Translations under genes and position numbers: made by a program
From: Camelus ferus
Taxonomy: Eukaryota
Assembly: GCF_009834535.1 (NCBI RefSeq)
Contig: NC_045697.1
Location: 36,210,001-36,274,000, forward strand
DNA length: 64,000 bases
Direction: 5' to 3'
Part shown: piece after piece, positions 1 through 13,985 of the stretch
Layout: each line of letters begins with the position of its first letter
How positions within the stretch are numbered: the first letter of the stretch is position 1
The notes under the pieces: model-generated
What the model was told of the DNA's origin: nothing
The model's input: the letters and a program-made list of their open reading frames with translations, nothing else
Databases searched by the model: none

Positions 1-235
1 TATATGTACTTTTTTGTTTTTGAAAATACAGGTTTTTTTGGTAAAGGTATGTTTACTTTCTATGTTTACATAGTTTGTTGCTATGCCAACATGTAATGGA
101 GTTATTATTGTCCATTTTAATTTCTAATAGATAAACAGTAATAGATAAAACATATTTAAAAAGCTCTTTGAGGTTTCTGAATTATTTATAAGAATGGGCA
201 GAGATCCTGAAGACCATAAAGTTCCAGAACTGGTG
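1..235 (+). mobile_element. 3' end of a Charlie1-family hAT transposon fossil
   Basis: ttttaatttctaatag...aaaagctctttgaggtttctgaattatttataagaat...gatcctgaagaccataaagttccagaac resembles the Charlie1 3' terminus. Confidence 0.55.
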
Positions 236-564
236 CTTTACTGGGTCATAACACCTAGAGTGAACTATGAATTCAGAATTTATCCTACATTTACTAGTGC
301 ATAGCAAAAATAAACTGCATTATATTTTTGGTTAAATACATTTACCAAGTACTTTTATACAAATAGCATATAACAGAATATCAATAATGAAAATATAAAT
401 ATTTAAAACATTTGATAATTTTTGTAAGCCTATTTTAACATTTCTCTATTTTAAATGTGGTAAGAGCTTAAACAACATTAGACCTTTCTCAAGTTCTGAA
501 CATCCATTAGTGAAAGAAACATGAAATTGAACTCAGGTTCGGCATTGTCAACACTAATGGCTAG

Positions 565-750
565 TAGTTTATTGGGTACTTACTCTGTGCCAGGCCTGTT
601 TCTAAGTGTTTTCCACTTGTTCTCTCATTGAGCCCTCACGACAATATTAGAGGATGGCTTGTCCAAGGTCGTCTTTTTCTGGTAAGCAGGGGAGCCGGGA
701 TTCAGACCCAAGGAGTCTGTCTCCAGAGCCCCTGCTCTAAACCACTGCAT
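565..750 (-). mobile_element. MIR SINE
   Basis: tttattgggtacttactctgtgccaggc...gtccaaggtc...ggagccgggattcagacccaagg...ctccagagccc. Confidence 0.75.
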
Positions 751-2487
751 GGACCACTATGACATACCCAGTCCACGCCTGTTTTAGGAACCTTCATCTC
801 CTACTTGCCAGAGTAAAGGCATTTTGAGTGCAAATGGGGAAATGGGAAGTACAAATCAGAAAGGCTCTTAAGTGGATGATGGGATGTGGATGACGGGATG
901 TGGATGAGAGTCCTTGGTTCTGCCTTCTGCTGCCTTTACATTGTGGGTTCCTTGAGGGCAGAGTTCTGTTTACTGCCATTGTATTATTTATTCATTTAGA
1001 AAATAACACCCTGTGTGTGAAGTGCTTCAGGGCGGGGAGATCAGACAGTAGTTTTTAAGGACTTCTTCCCTGGGGAGGTGTGTCACAGAAATTCTCATAA
1101 AGGCAATATGTTCCCCTATTTACATTATGCAAATCTGATCGTCTCACTCAGTCTGTCTTCAGCACTTTATTTAAAAGGAAACGTGATAGCAATAGACAAT
1201 GATACAAGAGAAACCATAGGTCACTTTTCGCAAACCCAAATTTGGATAGAGGGGTGACAGCCAGCTGGCCTGATGTTATTACATCCAGATGTGGCACAGC
1301 CTTTAGCCTGGGGAGGTGTGTTATTAGGTGATTTGAAAATATACATTATTATTATTGTAATTACAAAAGACAACATAGAACATCATCAACCTCAGTAGTA
1401 GTACTATTAACATTATTCACAGTCTCTCATGGAAGAGTTATCTTTGTTTTCATCAAGCTCCTTACTTCTGTATGGGCAACAGCTGGTTTTGGAAATTTTC
1501 CCCTGCATTTCTGCTCAAACTCAATCCTAGTTATCAGAGAATCAAACAAAGAATTATAGGTATTCTTTGCTTAAGCATCTTAACATATACACCTACTAGA
1601 AAAATAATATTCCTAAGTCAGCTGGGGTATTCAGGAGTGGGGAGAATGGTATTCTGACTAATAACCAAAATTAGGAGCTCTTCCTACCTGTGTTTTTAAA
1701 AATTTAATCACATATTACAACTTTTATCCCACCATAATATAAATGTAACAGCAGGATAAAATACTATTCAAGTGTGACACACAGAAAAAGAAAGTGTTTT
1801 CGCTTCAGGTGAGAGGCATTGCAATATTACATGTGCGATTAGGCACAAGTACACTTGCTTTTCGAGTGCACTGCAGGGATTCAGTCTCTTGAGTAACAAG
1901 ACTGCTATCATTACATGGAACCCATATAATTTAATAGGTGTACAGTGACATGAAACCACTATTAAAAATGTGAAATAACCTTGGCCTACCAAGGAAAGTA
2001 TCATTCATCTAGTTATTTCCTGAGTTCTTTTCACATTGAGATGACAAAATGGAGACTTCACTTACAAAAATGTATGTTCATACTTAAAATATGTAAAACC
2101 AAGTCCGGCATATAATAAAAGGAGCTTAACATGGTGAGGATTGATTTAGCAATTTCTTCATCTTCACAATTGGAAATAATAATTGGAATAAAGATTTTGT
2201 TTGACTTTATTCAAAATTTATTTGTGAATACTGATTTTATGACTTTCAACTTAAATGTATAAATCAGTCTTTATATTAGAAGTGCTAAGAAAAAACTCAG
2301 AGCAATTATTCTGTAAGCAGTTTGTTCCCCAGAGTAACAATTCTCCAAAGCTAATAAGGGAGGTATAGTTCCTTAGAGAAAAGGTACCATACAACACATT
2401 TAAAATAATAATTCCCATGTTATAAAGAGATAAAAAGGGAAGGAATAAGGGGGTCTGATTTCACTTTCATAAGTTTATTTAAAGATC

Positions 2488-2630
2488 CTTATGATCAAAT
2501 TCTATTGTCCCCTTTAACAGATAAGGAAAGTGAAGCTCAGAGAGGTGAAGCTACTCGCCCAAAGTCTCCAGTCCGATAAACGGGGAAGTTATCTCCAGGA
2601 CAGGAAGTTGGCTCCAGAGCAACAGTGCTT
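2488..2630 (-). mobile_element. MIR SINE
   Basis: MIR core cagataaggaaagtgaagctcagagaggtgaag...cgcccaaagtc. Confidence 0.7.
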
Positions 2631-3444
2631 TATTGCTCGTTAACTGAGAAGAGTGAAAGACCACTACATAACCATGTAACTTGAAAAAGAATCACTGTTA
2701 TTTGATTAAAGTACCCAGAATGTATTCAAAGCCTCTTCATCCCAACTGACTTTCTTAATCACCGAAATTAGATTTCCTTGATTAAATTAACCCTCTAGGA
2801 CCACCCCAGATGCACATAATCGGCTCTTAGAAAAGGGCTCCTGTGGCAAATTCTCTGCTTATCAGAATTTTATTCTAGCTAAACTCAAGGCATCAGCTGT
2901 CTATCCTGGATTTTGTATCATTTGTGGCTAATATTGAGGCAAACTGTAGTTTCACACTCCTGTTTCCTTCCTTCCTTAACACGTTTGCTCTTTATATAAA
3001 CATCAGTGTTATCTCAAGTTTACCTTCACTCTTTTGGCAATAGCTCCCAACACATCCATTTTTGATCAAAACATTGGAAGCAGTGGGAAAGGTGCTATTA
3101 AAACACTTCCAGCAACGCCCTGGGAATACAAATGAATTTATGGAAATTGTAAGTGAAGGGAGGGATTTATTACTTGGATAGATATTCTGATGATAAAATT
3201 GAGCTCACTTATGCTTCATTTTCAAAACTAGAAGCAACATTATTTACTTTCTACACCAACCTAGATCTCCAAAGGTCTTCGAAAGCAGACATGAGACAGT
3301 AAGATGTAATGGCTTGGAGGTGAAGACCCGTTACTGAACAAGCTCACTTTCAGAAGATGCCCTAATGCAATGAAGTATGAAATTATTTATGTGGAAAAAG
3401 AAACAACTAGAGCCTTAAAATATGCCCCACGAAGTGTGAATGCT

Positions 3445-3620
3445 ACCCCCAACACTATTTATGAGAACTTGGGCAAGTTTCTTAACAATTGAGCTTCAAT
3501 TTCCTCATTTGAAAACTAGGCATTTAACAGGCACAGATTTCTTAGGGTTCAATGAGATAATTCACGTAAAGTAGTTAGTTTAGTGCTTGGCACATAGAAA
3601 ATGCTCAATAAATTATTATT
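3445..3620 (+). mobile_element. MIR SINE
   Basis: ttgggcaagtttcttaac...gcttcaatttcctcatttgaaaa...tgagataattcacgtaaag...gcttggcacatag...ctcaataaat. Confidence 0.75.
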
Positions 3621-5394
3621 TATAATTAAAATATTATTAATATTTTATTTTGGGCCATTTATAGCTTTCCACTAGGATGAGTGTTTCTAGTAGCTTACTT
3701 ATATACATGTATTTCTTTTCAAGAAGTAGTCAATTAGTTTTCCCAATAGTTATAGAAGGCAAAAAAAAGGGGGAAAAACAATCAGAAAAATAGAAAGGGA
3801 GGGGAGAGAACTCTACTCATGGCAGCAGACACCTTGAGAGTGGCAGGGAAACTTTCAGCAGAAGATGATCTCAGGAGAATAATTATTACACAAATGACAA
3901 GCAAGTAATTAGCAGTAGTCATAGATCACTTATACCATTTAGCATGATAAATTCAGTAGGGCTCTTATGAGTTAAGAATATTCATACCATATATAAATTA
4001 ATTCAAGGCTATAGACCAGGGAAGTAAGGGGAAAGGATAATAGACATAAACGTTAGTATAAATACAAGAGGGAAATCTGGAAAGAAAATGAATACTTCTA
4101 CTGTAAGAACACTTATGATACAAATAATAAGTCAGATGTCAGATTAGGAGAAAGCATGGAAAAGTTCTGCAATCCTGCTGAGTAACTGTCCTAGCAAACC
4201 ATTAATATTACTCTGGTTCACCTAACAGATTTTATTATTTTCCTCAAACAATACTTAGTCATATTTAAAGACATCAACTGTTATTCTGCTTTTATACTAA
4301 TAATATCACTTCAAAGTATGTCATAGTATCTTTTAGGCCAACATTATTCAAAAACATTGCCATTCTATTCCAAAATCTTTTGTCTTGGAAAAATAATTTT
4401 ATAATAATTTTCTCTCTTTCCCATTTGGTTTCTGTTATCATATCTTAACAAAATAGAGTTTGGTTTCTTTCTAACTTAGAAAAATTAAATACCTTAATGC
4501 TTCCTGTTGCCATTCCACTACCATACTATATGCTTTGTCATTTTTCAACAGTTTTAGCACATGCACACTACAACCCTATACACTGGAGAAATGAATAAGG
4601 TTGATGACTGAAGATTTAAAAGTGAAAATGATGAACTGAGCCCTTGAATAAGAACACCATATGTTTTTCATCCATTTTCTTGCTACTGTATTCCTTGAAC
4701 AGCTCTTACAAGAATAAAACCTTAAGGAACATGAATTTGTGGCAAGACCAGACAGAATATTCTGGAACTATGCTTTGAAGTAAAATCATTCCATTAACAT
4801 CAGGAGATTTAATACCGCCATTTCACCATGAAAATAATCACAGATGAATGGTCTGACCAGGACTAATTTCTTTGAAGTTCTCTAAATTTGAGCATTAAAA
4901 ACAGTGCTTGACAAAACTCTTTACCTTATCAAAAAATTACAAAGAAAACAACTTGCAGGCAAAGCTCAATCTCATTTGGCTTGTAACTAAAATCAAAGCT
5001 GCAACGTTAAGCAAAATTAAAAAGTGTATGAGAATCATGTTATTAAGACAACCTAAATTTGAGAGCCTGACCTTTAGTGCTTATTTTAGAGTTATTGAGG
5101 TGATGAAGTAACTGATAGGGTGACAGCGACCATTCAGCAATCAAATCAGAACAATCAATGTGTGATCTTTCCCTGTGATCATTTTATGATACGTGTTCAA
5201 ATTCTGTACCAGGAAGTGCAGCTGTAAAAACAAATTTTATAGTTGAAGCAAAACACAAAAAAATGGGTATCACAGGTTCAGAGGAACATTTCCTTGCACC
5301 TGAATGAGTCCTTTGGGGTGTTAGGGAGTTGGAACATTAAAAACTGAAGGCCTTTCTCAGTGCTCTAGTAGCCCCCTTCCAAGCAAGATTAGAC

Positions 5395-5716
5395 AGAGCT
5401 TTAGCACATGCTGTTCCTTCTGTCTGGAAAACCTTTCACACTCCCTGCCTCATTCACTCAGCTTACCTTCAGATCTCAGCTGAAGTGTTATTTCCTTGCG
5501 GAGGATGTCTAGCCTGACTTCCCAGATTCAACCTTCCTATAATAGTGTACCTCTCTTCCATAGCACGTGTCACAGCTGCAACTGTACGTTTTTATGTGTG
5601 GTTTTTGATCAGTTTCCTCCATTAGACTATATGCATCGTGAAGGAAAGGGGTCATGGATGCTTGTTCTCACCTTATAACCCCAGAACCTAGCAGAGTTAG
5701 GCACAGGATAGGTGTC
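5395..5716 (+). mobile_element. L2 LINE 3' end
   Basis: tttagcacatgctgttccttctgtctggaa...ccttcagatctcagct...cattagactat...ccccagaacctagcagagttaggcacaggatagg. Confidence 0.75.
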
Positions 5717-6529
5717 TGGGAGTTGAATCTTCCACCATTTTGTTAATTGCTCTGTCATTCCTTGAATGGCCGTGACTTGCCCCATTCCCTCCTGTCTTAA
5801 CTAGAGTTCTACCCCTAGGCAAGTGTAGGATAGTGGTACCTCTCCTATCACCCAATCTTACTTGGTTCCTTTCTACCTTCTTCCCCTCTTCCTTCTCCTG
5901 GTAGCCTCATGCTGCTGAAAACATGGACCAAAATATACAGGATTAGAATGGAGATTTCAATCCTACATATCTTGGCCTTCTAGCTTCCTTACTCATCTTT
6001 ACGTGCTTTAGTCATCCTGGAGCTCACACCTTCTTCTTGGTCAATATGGTCAGCATTCATTCATACCTACACTTCAATAAAGGCTTTCTGGAGGTGGATC
6101 TTAACCAAAAGAGTGGCACTGTGGCAAAGTTTTGGAACAGGTATGTGCCTTGAATTGATTTCATAGCAAGGCCACTGATGATAGGCCCCTGAGTACAGGA
6201 GTCATCACCAACTCATAAAGGAATCCAGGGAATAAAGAGTCTGCTTTCTTCTATGACCAGGAGGGGAAGGGGGCTGATAGAGTTTGAGACTCAAGAGGCT
6301 AGGAGGAGTCCATCACAGGGAGAAATCCAGAATATCAGATCCTAACAGTCTACAGAGTATTTGGCAAGCCCTTATTGTTTTCCAGACTATAGCCAGAACC
6401 AGCTTGTTCATAAACACTTCCCTATGGCTTTGTAAAACTCAGGTATTAATGTAACATGTGCTTACTGACATAGCTTGTGATGGCAAGAAAATAAAAGATG
6501 GCCAAGTAGAGCAAGTGTGAAAGAGCTTT

Positions 6530-6642
6530 TGAAATTTTAATTAATAGATTTTATTTTTTGAGAAGTTTTAGATTTAGAGGAAAATTGAGCGGGAAGTACA
6601 GAGAGTTTCTGTATTATCCTCCAGCCCCTCTCCACAGTTTCT
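6530..6642 (-). mobile_element. Short L1M 3'-end fragment
   Basis: attttttgagaagttttagatttagaggaaaattgagcgggaagtacagagagtttc. Confidence 0.6.
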
Positions 6643-6823
6643 AAAGTGTCTCTTTAAAAAACAATACATTTAACTGCCAGAAATAAAATGCTTTAAAATC
6701 TGTTCCCTTTGTTTCATGTTAATTGGCAAATTTTCTCTTTAAGATAAAGATCAATACTAACTAGCCTATTTTAAATGACTTTTTAGTTTATTTCAGAAGT
6801 AGAAAAGATAATAAATACTGATG

Positions 6824-6871
6824 AAAGAAAAGGAAGGAAGGAAGGAAGGAAGGAAGGAAGGAAGGAAGGAA

Positions 6872-6925
<54 letters not shown>

Positions 6926-6981
6926 AAGAAAGAAAAGAAAAGAAAAGAAAGAAAAGAAAAGAAAAGTAAAGAAAGAAAAAA
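6824..6981 (+). repeat. Compound polypurine microsatellite (GGAA)n(GAAA)n(GA)n(GAAAA)n
   Basis: Directly visible; accounts for the three low-complexity ORFs at 6788-7012. Confidence 0.97.
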
Positions 6982-9435
6982 ATTCAAACATAAATCCTTC
7001 ACTCAAAGGTAACTATAAAAAGTTTATTGGTATAAATCTTTCCATACTTTTTCCTGTGTATGTATTTTTAATTTTTAAAAACAAAACTGGGATAAAATTC
7101 TATATTAGTTTTGTGAAACAGATGGTAATTATCCACACAAGGGACATCCTGGCCATCTCTGCATTTCGTTAAGTATTCTTCAACATTATTGTTAATGGGA
7201 GCATACTATTCCATTTTATGGACAATCATCATCTATTTAACCAATGCCTCCCAGCTTTGGATATTTAATATTTATTTTTGAAACTGCAAGCATCTACTTT
7301 CTCAAATCCACTCTTTTATACATCTTTAAAGAATGGCAATTTGTAGGGTGGGAAAACCAATGCAGTGAAACACTAGACAATTTATTTTAATCTTTATACA
7401 AGATACTAGTGTTGGCAAGGCGGGAAAGAAGAAAAGCTCTTCCTATGACCCTTGTTTAACTTCAGACAGATGTGCACGGTTCAAGGCCAGCAAAGTGATA
7501 AATAGGTTTTGGCAGCTCATTCTCCCTACCTTGAGTAGTATTACAGTGTGTCATTGGAGTGGATCATTTAGAGCAGGAAGCCAAGGACACTGTGTGGTGT
7601 TCTCCCAGGATAAATTCACAGATACCTCATAGAAGGCTTTGGCAAGATTCTCAGTATACACAGAGAAGCATAGAAAGTGGCTTTATTTTAAGGCTCAGAT
7701 TCAGCTGAAGGATCCGCTAGGGAATCCAGAGAAGGGAATGCCTGGGCTTGGGTTAAAATAGCTGGTTTATTCTTGCTTTCACAGAGCACAAAGGCTTTAC
7801 TGATTTGCCCCGCAGTCATCTGCTAATCTCACACCTTGAGATAAGTAATACACACACATCCTCATTAACACTGAGTCAGTGACTCTGAAGGGAAGGATAT
7901 CCAGGAGACTGAATTTCTAATTCACACTGAGTTACTATACTTCCATATCTCATTACAATTCAGTGTAGCTATCAGCCCACTACAGACGAGGCAAAGAAGT
8001 TTCTTCAACAAAAGCAGCCATATATCAAATTTCCTGTGAAATTTCCCAAATGCTATGCTTTAAACTTGCAGTAGTCAGTCATGAGTATATAATTTTACCT
8101 TCTAAGTGACTTTTTTAAAGACAGAGCTCTGCAATGAAAAAAAAAAATGCTACCTTTGTTTATCCATCTTTTTATAACCAACTTTTCTTCAAAATGGGAA
8201 AAATTCTTTCTAGTTAGTTTTTATTCCCCTGATAATAAAAGTAATGCAACACAATACCATAAAAATCCATACAAAATAGAAAGTAAAAATCAACTTTAAT
8301 TTCATCATCCAAAGATAGATGCTATTAAATGGTTGGATAGCTGGTGTATATTGTTAAGAGACTGTTTTCTCCCTGACACTTAAGTATTTAAAAAGACATG
8401 TTAGACATACTTGCTTTGTAACCTTCCTTTCCACTCTAACAATATGCATATACATCTTTCTTTGTCAATCAAATTGGTTTTTTTATGGCTGCATAATTAA
8501 TTATTTTTAATACTTAAAAAATCCTGATATAGTTTTACTTTGACAATTAAATTAGTAAGACTTTTTTTTTTCTTTTTTAGGGTCATGTGTTTAATGTTGA
8601 CATCTGACTTGCTTCTAAAGAAACTTCATAGCAGACATTAATTAAAATAAATAGCCCAACCATTTACAGCTACAAATTTCTGCATAAGAAAAGACTATGC
8701 ACAATAAAAACAAAAATAAAACTATTAAAATGTCTTAAAAATGTTTAATTTTTTTGAGCTGGTTTTATTAGTTGTTTACTTTTGAAAAGGATTAAATTAG
8801 AATTTTTGACATTTTATGTGTTGCTCAACATGTGTTACTTAAAACGAGGTACAAACAGGAAGATTAGATGATTAGTACAAAGCAAAAATATTAAAAGAAA
8901 AATTCAATTAAACTAAGAAAGATGTTTGTTAGGCTTTATTAATTTGAAGTTAAATTAATTATGAAAAGCAAAAGTCATTTAATTTTCAAAAAGAATCTTG
9001 ATTAGTATCTAAAATAATGAAAGAAAAGGGTATAGATAAAATTTTAAATTGCTTAAGAATCCTTTACATAATACATCATAAATAGAGTTCATGAAAAAGA
9101 AGTCATTGACTTACGATATGTAAAGTGATTGATTTAGGAGGGTAAATTAAAATAAGAAACCATCATTATCAAATGATATGGATGCTGTATATATGATAGC
9201 ACCAAATGTATGCTTATTGATTATTTCCTCCTCTCCTGCTCACAGCACAGACTGATGATCATCTAGAAAGACACCCCTAATCTGTGAGGTTTACAAAATA
9301 AAATGGCTGATTTTACTTTGAAACAGTGTTTTTTTGGTAATGTTTATAAATTACAATAGATCTCGTTAAGATTCTGATGAAAGCTCTATTTGAAATATAT
9401 ATCCTTATTACTCTATTTGAAATACGCATCCATAC

Positions 9436-9901
9436 TATTTCAGACACAGGAGACTCTCCCTTTAGATATTCTCCCTTCTTGTTTAGCACTGGAGGCCCTG
9501 GGAGAAAAAGACTACATTTCTTACTTGCCCTTTAAGCGAGGCGTGGCCTTGTGACTCAGTTCTGGCCAATGCAAGCATAGGCGTCATGTTCAACTTCCGA
9601 GAAGTGTTCTTAAAGGTGGGAATCATGGCTTTCTTCCACTCCCTCCCCACTTTGACCTTCATTGCTAGCTTGAATGTGTAAGCTGTGATTTTGGACTGCG
9701 AGGAGAAAACCAGAGGCTTAGCAGAATAAAACGACGAAAGAGAAGGAGCCTGGGCCGCTGATGGTTGCAGAACTGCCCTATTGTCCTGGATGGCTTATCT
9801 CTGGAGTTAGTATAGTTTGAGAGAGAAATGACCTTACATTGTGTTAGGCCAGTTACTTGGTGTTCTGTCACTCACAGCTGAATCTAACATTAACTGATAC
9901 A
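9436..9901 (+). mobile_element. ERVL LTR33/LTR16-like solo LTR
   Basis: gactacatttc...gtggccttgtgactcagttctggccaatg...gaaggagcctgggcc...ttctgtcactcacagctgaatctaacattaactgataCA. Confidence 0.75.
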
Positions 9902-10559
9902 GGTACAAACACATCCACATTTTCATATAATATGACGGGAGGTGTCAGTGGATCCCAAATTAAGAATATCATTTCAGAAATATATATAGGATGCAATGAT
10001 AATTACTTAATGTTTGTACTCTGTAATTAACAACTTTTTTCACATCTATTATCTCTCTTGATCGTCACAATAAGCCTGTGAAGTAAATATTATTTTTAGT
10101 CTCATCAGTTTATAGATTAAAAACAAACAAAAACCCCCACAAAACTGATTCAAAGGCAAAAACAAAGACAAAACTGAGGCCCAGGGTATATTTCTTACTT
10201 AAAGTTAATAATAGAGTGAAAACTGTAAGCAGGAGAATGATTCCTAACCCTATTCCCCTATCACTGTTCCAATGACTGCAATACATGTATAGGCATTCCT
10301 GACTTTTGTAAAAAATCATTCTTAAAAACATCTAAGGAAGTTAAATATGTATAGCTTAAAGGTAAGAGTTATATTCTATCAGGGAGATTCTATTTCCATA
10401 TAATTAAACAAAATTTTAGACATTATAAAGTTCTTAATTATATTAAGTTATTTCTACTTTTTATCACCAGGTAATAATACAATTTGCATATGATTATTTA
10501 AAACATAGAAAGAAAAAAAAAACCTTTGTTTAATGTACAGTGCTTCACTAATGACATTG

Positions 10560-10967
10560 CCCCCACCTTTCCTCTGGTGATGAATTTTTTCCTCAGTGGT
10601 GTATAAGCCAAGACAGGCCAATTCAAGTGCTCCCATTACAACCTTATAAGTGGAACTGGTGGGACAAAACTTCTTCTCTGGTGGGTGACTGTTAGGATAT
10701 GCGCCCAGGGACTCAGATACTTAAAGAAAACCTCATGTGCAATAAAAGATCATCATATACACAGAAGAAGAGGGTGAGACAAGAGACAGAGATGGGGAGA
10801 GAGAGTCCTGCTAGAATCCAAATCCTAGTTTTAGACCCTGAGATGTCCAGCCTGCCTTGGCTTCTATAGTCTTTGACTGGACTGAGCCTCCTCCTAATAA
10901 AACCATCTTCTTTGTGAAGGTGGCCTGAGTTGCATTCTGTTACTTACCCAAAGAATATTGACAAATG
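10560..10967 (+). mobile_element. ERVL LTR16-like fragment
   Basis: gagacagagatggggagagagagtcctg...aataaaaccatcttctttgtgaaggtggcctgagttgcattctgttacttacccaaagaat. Confidence 0.55.
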
Positions 10968-11014
10968 TAAACATTAAACATAATAACGTAAATAATGTAA
11001 ATTAAATTCTTTAG

Positions 11015-11140
11015 TGTTCATTCCTGCACTCATTAAACATTTATTAGGCACCCACTATGTGCCAGGCACTGGGCTAAGTTCTGGGGATACCGTGGTAAGC
11101 CAAACTGCCACAGTGCCTGATCCCTTTTGGAGGCACAAGC
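11015..11140 (-). mobile_element. L2 3' fragment
   Basis: aaacatttattaggcacccactatgtgccaggcactgggctaagttctggggatacc. Confidence 0.75.
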
Positions 11141-11554
11141 TAAGTAACTAACAAAAGAACATTTTTAATATTAAGAATCAGCACTTACTAATGGGAATTT
11201 GGGGGTTCTAGTTCTGATGAACTTAACCTCCTCAAGAATTTGTCATAAAAGTATTAACTACTTTCTTTTCTCAGCAAAGGATTCTAGAGTGGGCCATATA
11301 CCTATCCACATTCTGTAAACTTCTTTAATGACTGAACACTAGAGTGATACTGTCAATCCATAATTTTAGAACCCTCTCAATCTCTGTATCACTGCGTCTT
11401 CAAAATCATCTTCCTAGCATTTTGTATATCTTAGTTTTTTTCTTTTCTTTAACAAGTAAACATTCAGGTGATCAACTTAAGGAGAGTGTCCAACTGAGCC
11501 TAAATATTCATTAATTTTAATGCTCCTAATCATTTTTAATTTGCATCAGTGAAA

Positions 11555-11690
11555 ATTCATTCATTGATTTCTTGCATTTGTTCAACAAATATGTATTGAG
11601 AGCTTATTATGTGTCATATTCTTTTAGGTGCCAGGAATAAAGCAGGGAAGAAAAGAGACCAAACCCCTAGTCCTCAAGGATTTTATATGC
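11555..11690 (-). mobile_element. L2 3' fragment
   Basis: ttcaacaaatatgtattgagagcttattatgtgtc...taggtgccagg...ccctagtcctcaagg. Confidence 0.65.
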
Positions 11691-11949
11691 TATTAAATTC
11701 TAGTAGAAATATCACCAACAGCAAAACTTCCATTTTTTCCATTGCTCATCAATTTTTATAAACAGCAGAAAAATACAATAAAACAGTCAAATAAGTGTCA
11801 GAACATGGCTGATCAAACATGGTGACATTGTCAAAACAGGGTTACTCAGTATGAGACAATGCCATCAAGATTTAGAGATCTTTATCAATCAAAATGTGAA
11901 TCCAACTACAAAATTTTCTTTCAATGTTTTAGTTCATAATATATAAAAA

Positions 11950-12730
11950 TACAAATTTACAGCAATTCCACTTTTGGGGAACTATTCTATAGAAATAACA
12001 GTGAAAGTACATAGGATCTCTGTACAAGAATGTTAATACAGCACTGTTCGTAATGCAAAAAAAAATGGAAATATCTTGAGTATTTGTCAAAAGAGAAGGC
12101 TGTAGCCACCTGACTAAATTCTGGGGCATGGGAGAAGAAAGGCAATGTTTGGAATTTCTGGCTGTGGCCATTCAAGGAAGGGTCATACCTCCCCCTGCCC
12201 CTGTGCCCCCTCTAATGGGCTAGAATGTGCAGTGATGGTGAGCCATCCTGGACCATGAGGGTGAAAGTAACACCGCAGGAATGTCAGAGCAATGGTTCAG
12301 AAGAAGGGTGGGTCCCTAACACATGGGAGCAGCCATCCAACCCTGACTACTCTTGCTGAAACTGAAGAAAGAGAAGTTTCTATGATAGTTTAAGCCACTA
12401 TTAGAGAACTCAAACCTATATCCCTATTAATACATAGATAATGGAATATTTTGTCATTATTTTTAAGAATAAGTTACATCCATATCTATTTATTGGGTGA
12501 TGGCCTTGAAGTATGAGGTAATTAACTGAAAAATAAGTAGCCCAAAATTTGTAAAGAAAATAAAACAAAAAACACCAAAGCCTGTATATGTATATATATA
12601 AATGTTCATATGGCCACAGAAAAAAAGGGTGGAAAGATACCTTGATTATTGCAGGAGCAATGGGAATTTGATAAAGAGGATGGAGGAGGCCAACATTCTA
12701 ATTATCACACATTACTTTTGTAATTAAAAA
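11950..12730 (+). mobile_element. L1ME-type 3' fragment split by an LTR at 12101-12434
   Basis: cagcaattccacttttgggaac...acaagaatgttaatacagcactgttcgtaatgcaaaa...ggaaat, resuming after the LTR as ataatggaatattttgtc. Confidence 0.6.
12101..12434 (+). mobile_element. ERVL LTR33-like fragment nested in L1ME
   Basis: tagccacctgactaaattctgg...agccatcctggaccatgagggtg...gaagggtgggtccct...gtttaagccacta...cctattaataCA. Confidence 0.65.
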
Positions 12731-12869
12731 AATACCAGTTGTATATAACTCAAAGAGCAGTTATATAAGCTAAATATTCAGAGTAAAAACTGGCTGAGAC
12801 TTATATTGTTCCAAATAGCAGAATAAAAAATAGAGTTGGAAAGACTTCTGTGATCTTATTCCAATCTAT

Positions 12870-13160
12870 TTTTCTTTTAACTTTTTTATTATGGGAAATT
12901 TCACTTAAAAAAAATACCCATACAAAAGTAGAAAGAATAGTACTACAATAAAATCCCTGACATGACTTCAACAATTATAACTAATAGTTAATCTTTTCAT
13001 CTCCATCCACTCCCTTCTCAAATTACTTTGAAGTCAATCTCAGATGTCATATAATTTTATCCACAAATATTTCAGTACGTATCCTTAAAAGATAAGAACT
13101 TTTAAAAATACAACCATAATAACAGTATCATATCTTAAAAAATTATAAGTAATTTCTTAA
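12870..13160 (-). mobile_element. L1MC5-like 3'-end fragment
   Basis: ttttttattatgggaaatttc...catacaaaagtagaaagaatag...aatctcagatgtcatataattttatccacaaatatttcagt...aaaagataagaac. Confidence 0.65.
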
Positions 13161-13523
13161 AACGATGAGGTAGAAACCAGCAACAGTTAAAGACTCGTTG
13201 CTAGCAAAAAAACCACAGTAAGAATCCAGGTCCTCAGAGCTTTTATCCAGCAAGTCTTCATTCATTTATACCACTTCGATTACGAGTTAATGTTAATGAA
13301 GCCCTTATTAATGAAGGCTAGATTCTGTGAAATGTACTGTTTGGCAACACATTATCTCATCTTATCCCCTCAAGAACCACATGAAGTACATAACATTTTT
13401 GAAGAACTAAATGAGATGTTGCAGATTGAATGCTTGAGAATTACTTGAGCTAGTAGTCCAAGATGAGTTTTAACCCAAGACCTGGCACACAGAAACCACT
13501 TAGTATACAGTGGGGGTTTTTTT

Positions 13524-13985
13524 TGTATTAGAGGGAGCAAAGGACAACTAATCAATAGGCTTGGCTCAAGTAAGGTTATCTTTCTTGGGAATTTGAAACT
13601 GGTATGCAAAAACTGAGTGAGTGAGCTGTGAGGTGTAAGATGATACAGGATATAGCCAGAGAGTTCTACATGGCACATCAAAGCTCTTTGTTGACTAAGT
13701 TTATGGAGACGTAGAAACCAAGGGAGGAACAGAAGATGCTGGTCTGCCAGGAAGAGGGCAGGCAGATATGCACAGAGAAGCAAGACAAGAAACAGTCTAG
13801 AGAGAAAGACTGTCTGAATGGGACTGAACACTCAAAGATATTTTAGCTCCTCTTAAGCTTGGCTGTATTTCCTGCAACTGGATCCCATAACACTTCCCAT
13901 TTTTCTTTATAATCAATGCCCTTTTCACTTGGTCTAGTTTGGATGGGCTTCTGCGTCCTGCTACCAATTCTTTTCTGCTTATTAG
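13524..13985 (+). mobile_element. ERVL-type (LTR16-like) solo LTR fragment
   Basis: gcagatatgcacagagaagcaagac...cccttttcacttggtctagtttggatgggcttctgcgtcctgctacc. Confidence 0.5.

Noticed and set aside
6788..7012. Lys/Glu/Arg-rich and Phe/Ser/Leu-rich ORFs
   Set aside because: Translations of the polypurine microsatellite.
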